46,182 bases of DNA, taken from the IMG/VR virus record IMGVR_UViG_3300011438_000016, positions 1-46,182 of that record. One strand, written 5' to 3'. Below the pieces are notes generated by a model. That model made no database searches. It was not told the DNA's origin and saw only the letters and a list, made by a program, of their open reading frames with translations. The stretch is from a virus (lineage: Duplodnaviria > Caudoviricetes). Position numbers and translations under genes: made by a program. Of this stretch, positions 43,890 through 46,182 are shown piece by piece (within the stretch, counting starts at the first letter, position 1; every line of letters begins with the position of its first letter).

Positions 43890-43898
43890 TACTTATTA
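43890..43898 (-). promoter_or_regulatory. Putative late promoter TAATAAGTA
   Basis: 15 nt upstream of ATG 43874. Confidence 0.7.
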
Positions 43899-43907
43899 CT
43901 TTGTTGA

Positions 43908-46182
43908 TTAAACTTTGATTCGCTGGAACTGTAGGTAAAGATTGAGACTTCCGGCGTTAATGTCAGCGATGTTACCGCCGCCGACAATGAACTTCATATC
44001 TAGAGTTGGAGTGGTGCCGAAGGGAATGATGTAGCGGTCCCCGTTCCAAGCCGTTCCACGCTCTGCTACGTCCATACCAATCTGGCCCGTAGCCTCAACG
44101 CTCGCTGAGAGAAGAAGCGAATCAACAGCGGTGGTGCTGGTACCGAGCGAGGCCTCGATCCCAGTGACGCCGGGGCCAGAGAACAAAGTCGTTACATCAA
44201 TAAAAGCTTCCGTAAAGCGATATCCAGGCCTAAGATCTGAGAGCCGAACAGTCCCCACCCCGGCGGCTACCGCGGCTGCGAATGGAATCGTGATAATGGC
44301 GACACCGGTGTCATTGCGCAGCGTCGTGCAGGTAGTCGCAAGGCTGTCGTTCCAGAGCTGATCGCGGGTGTTAATGATGTCTTGGCCGTTGAAATCAGGC
44401 AGGGGCTCGTCAACGTCGCTACCTAATAGACCTGTTAGATTTCCCCGGGCATATACTCTGCAATTCGTATTTTTAGCGAAATCCGTTCCACTACGGCCGA
44501 TGGTAGCTCCGAGTGTATTGTTGCTGCCGTCGTAAACCGGGAAACCGTCAATTGGCGTCGACGTGTACGGCAGCCCCATCGCATCAAAAACAACCGAGCC
44601 CTGACCGGCTGTAGATGCTCCGTCAGCTCGGAACTTAGCGATGTTTCCATTGCCGGTAGCTACCCAATCCCATTCCGCGCTGCCGTCCGCGATCGCAGAG
44701 CCTGTGCCCGTTGGGCCGCCCGTGTTACCGGTGGTGCCGGCGACGGTGCAGACGTACCATTTATTGGTGTCATTGAGACGTTGTTGTCCTTCTAGAACGG
44801 GGGTCAGCGCAGTCCAGGCAATAGCATTCGTGGTAGCACGGCCGTTAGACCAGTTCCCCGCCTCAACGTGCGAAGGACCATCAAGGATACACAAATAGTC
44901 GTCAGCCGGGGGTGAAGCTGCCACGTAGACGCCGGACATATGAACCGGAGTAGCCTGCGAGGAAATTAGAAACCGGGCAAAATACCCTGAGTTCCCGTTC
45001 TCCATACCGCCGCCTGTGATTTCGCAACCGGTGGAGGCGACAAAAATCATCGCAGCATCGGCGTCGCGATCGTATCCTATATTAGCGCCCTGAACCTCAC
45101 GACATAGGAGGTAGCCAGACAGAGCCTCGATTCCGCGGTAGCAGTAAGTAATAGTACAATTGTCAAAGGTAAAGTTCTTAGTGTTTCCGGCTACAACGGC
45201 CTTAAATCCCCAGCCTTGGATTGAGTTGTGGCCTTGAAACTGGCAATTATAAAAGCGGTACTCGCTGGACTGAAGCGTGTCGGGCGGATCGTCATCGGAC
45301 CCGGCCTGAACGAGGATAGAGTCATAGTCACCCTTGGGCTCAACAAACTGGCAATTGTTAAATCTAACGCCGGAGGATCCGATCTGCGTGTCGTCTGGGG
45401 GACCGTACCACTTCTGGGAGAGCTGGACCAAGACTAGAGCCTTAGCTCCCCCGTTAAAGGTAAGATTCTCAAACGTAGAGCCGTTAATCGCGAGGAACTT
45501 AAACCACGTAGTCCCGTCGGTCCCGTCGAAAATAAGCGTGGAGCCTTCGGTGCTACTACGACCCGAGGGCATATCCCCCCTCATGTAGATGCCCGCGCCG
45601 GGGCTACCTACGTACTCGTCTAGATCCCCGGTGTACCAGCTATTTCCTTCGATTGCCGGGACGTAGATAACCGCCGCACGCTTGCCGTCTACGGTTGGAA
45701 AGTATGAGTAAGAAATATCTGCAAAGATTGCATTGAACGCTGCGGTCGTAGCAGTCTTGCCCGCTGAGCCTGGAATAGCGCCCCAGGTGCGGATATCGTA
45801 GTAGGCGCTGGTTGCCGGGTAGACTAGAACATCGCCGGAGTTCTCATTGACTACGCTACCTACGTTCGGAGCCGTAAAAGTAAGGTTAGTATTAGCGGTT
45901 GTGTTACCTGAGAAGACGTTAAGGTTAACGACGTTGTACGTAGACGGAGAGACCCCAGAGACCTGGGTAATGTTGACGCCGTAGCGAGTCGCGTTGACAA
46001 TGGTAGCGTTGGTGCAGTAGCCGAAGGAGCACCCGTCCACGAGGATATTGTCGCCCGCCCCCGTACGCGCCGAGGCATCGATCTTGATATTCGTTACAAC
46101 CCAGTATTTCCGGTCAGGAATTCGGTGACCGGCGTGGTCGAGGAAGCCCCGGTTGGGCTGGTTGTTCTGGTAGGCCCGTCGC
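43908..46182 (-). CDS. Tailspike/fibre with pectin-lyase-like beta helix and carbohydrate-binding-like insert (start outside window)
   Basis: YDIRTWGA...AFNA...VIYVP, repeated FxNCxF rungs, W...WYVCTVAGTTG...P...DGSAEW module; frame open to right edge. Confidence 0.8.
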   Translation of the reverse strand, partial: RRAYQNNQPNRGFLDHAGHRIPDRKYWVVTNIKIDASARTGAGDNILVDGCSFGYCTNATIVNATRYGVNITQVSGVSPSTYNVVNLNVFSGNTTANTNLTFTAPNVGSVVNENSGDVLVYPATSAYYDIRTWGAIPGSAGKTATTAAFNAIFADISYSYFPTVDGKRAAVIYVPAIEGNSWYTGDLDEYVGSPGAGIYMRGDMPSGRSSTEGSTLIFDGTDGTTWFKFLAINGSTFENLTFNGGAKALVLVQLSQKWYGPPDDTQIGSSGVRFNNCQFVEPKGDYDSILVQAGSDDDPPDTLQSSEYRFYNCQFQGHNSIQGWGFKAVVAGNTKNFTFDNCTITYCYRGIEALSGYLLCREVQGANIGYDRDADAAMIFVASTGCEITGGGMENGNSGYFARFLISSQATPVHMSGVYVAASPPADDYLCILDGPSHVEAGNWSNGRATTNAIAWTALTPVLEGQQRLNDTNKWYVCTVAGTTGNTGGPTGTGSAIADGSAEWDWVATGNGNIAKFRADGASTAGQGSVVFDAMGLPYTSTPIDGFPVYDGSNNTLGATIGRSGTDFAKNTNCRVYARGNLTGLLGSDVDEPLPDFNGQDIINTRDQLWNDSLATTCTTLRNDTGVAIITIPFAAAVAAGVGTVRLSDLRPGYRFTEAFIDVTTLFSGPGVTGIEASLGTSTTAVDSLLLSASVEATGQIGMDVAERGTAWNGDRYIIPFGTTPTLDMKFIVGGGNIADINAGSLNLYLQFQRIKV

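Larger units (their letters stand above)
1..46182. mobile_element. Temperate tailed phage genome (partial), podovirus-like virion module
   Basis: Terminase, PolA, primase, integrase/xis, endolysin, ejection and tail genes; no host housekeeping genes; intact attP-like site inside the window. Confidence 0.95.

Noticed and set aside
2092-45588. Many long antisense or alternate-frame ORFs in the track (e.g. 2092-2709, 14665-15285, 18877-19656, 36910-37512, 42087-42680)
   Set aside because: Shadows of well-supported genes on the other strand or frame; no RBS or motifs
1-46182. Stop-codon reassignment suggested by TAG richness
   Set aside because: Long conserved genes are intact under the standard code and several end in TAG
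1-46182. Diversity-generating retroelement, retron or intron
   Set aside because: No reverse transcriptase motifs, no TR/VR pair seen, and polA and terL are uninterrupted in the window
46041-46182. Possible frameshift or junction at the right edge
   Set aside because: The tailspike frame is open to the edge; too little sequence to judge

Overview
This window is most of the genome of a temperate tailed dsDNA phage with a podovirus-like virion module, in its unintegrated form (an intact attP-like site lies inside the window). The window begins inside the terminase large subunit and ends inside a beta-helix tailspike; portal and major capsid genes are not visible and presumably lie outside it. 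Layout: leftward packaging block (terS, an atypical tRNA(CAU) fused to a structured RNA, terL; 1-2.6 kb); rightward early operon of small genes (2.8-6.7 kb); short leftward operon (6.9-8.4 kb); putative origin; long rightward replication/lysogeny arm (primase, VirE, PD-(D/E)XK nuclease, HNH, SF2 helicase, SSB, PolA, RuvC-like, xis, tyrosine integrase, two sigma-like factors; 8.7-27.5 kb); attP; mostly leftward late arm (ClpP-fold lipoprotein, phosphoesterase, lysis, ejection, tail proteins). A myxobacterial (Myxococcota) host is inferred from a DAG-repeat lipoprotein, sigma54 promoters and an AT-hook regulator; this is not proven. The most unusual signals are regulatory: (1) sigma54 promoters heading the early operon and a CTG-start phosphoesterase, the latter face-to-face with a sigma70 promoter for a stand-alone Fis-type HTH; (2) an attP carrying the 5' rather than 3' half of a tRNA-Met; (3) a six-copy late promoter motif TAATAAGTA with no conserved -35; (4) a degenerate initiator-like tRNA abutting a three-way-junction RNA upstream of terL; (5) several leaderless sigma70 transcripts. 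All calls are by eye from motifs; no database searches were run.
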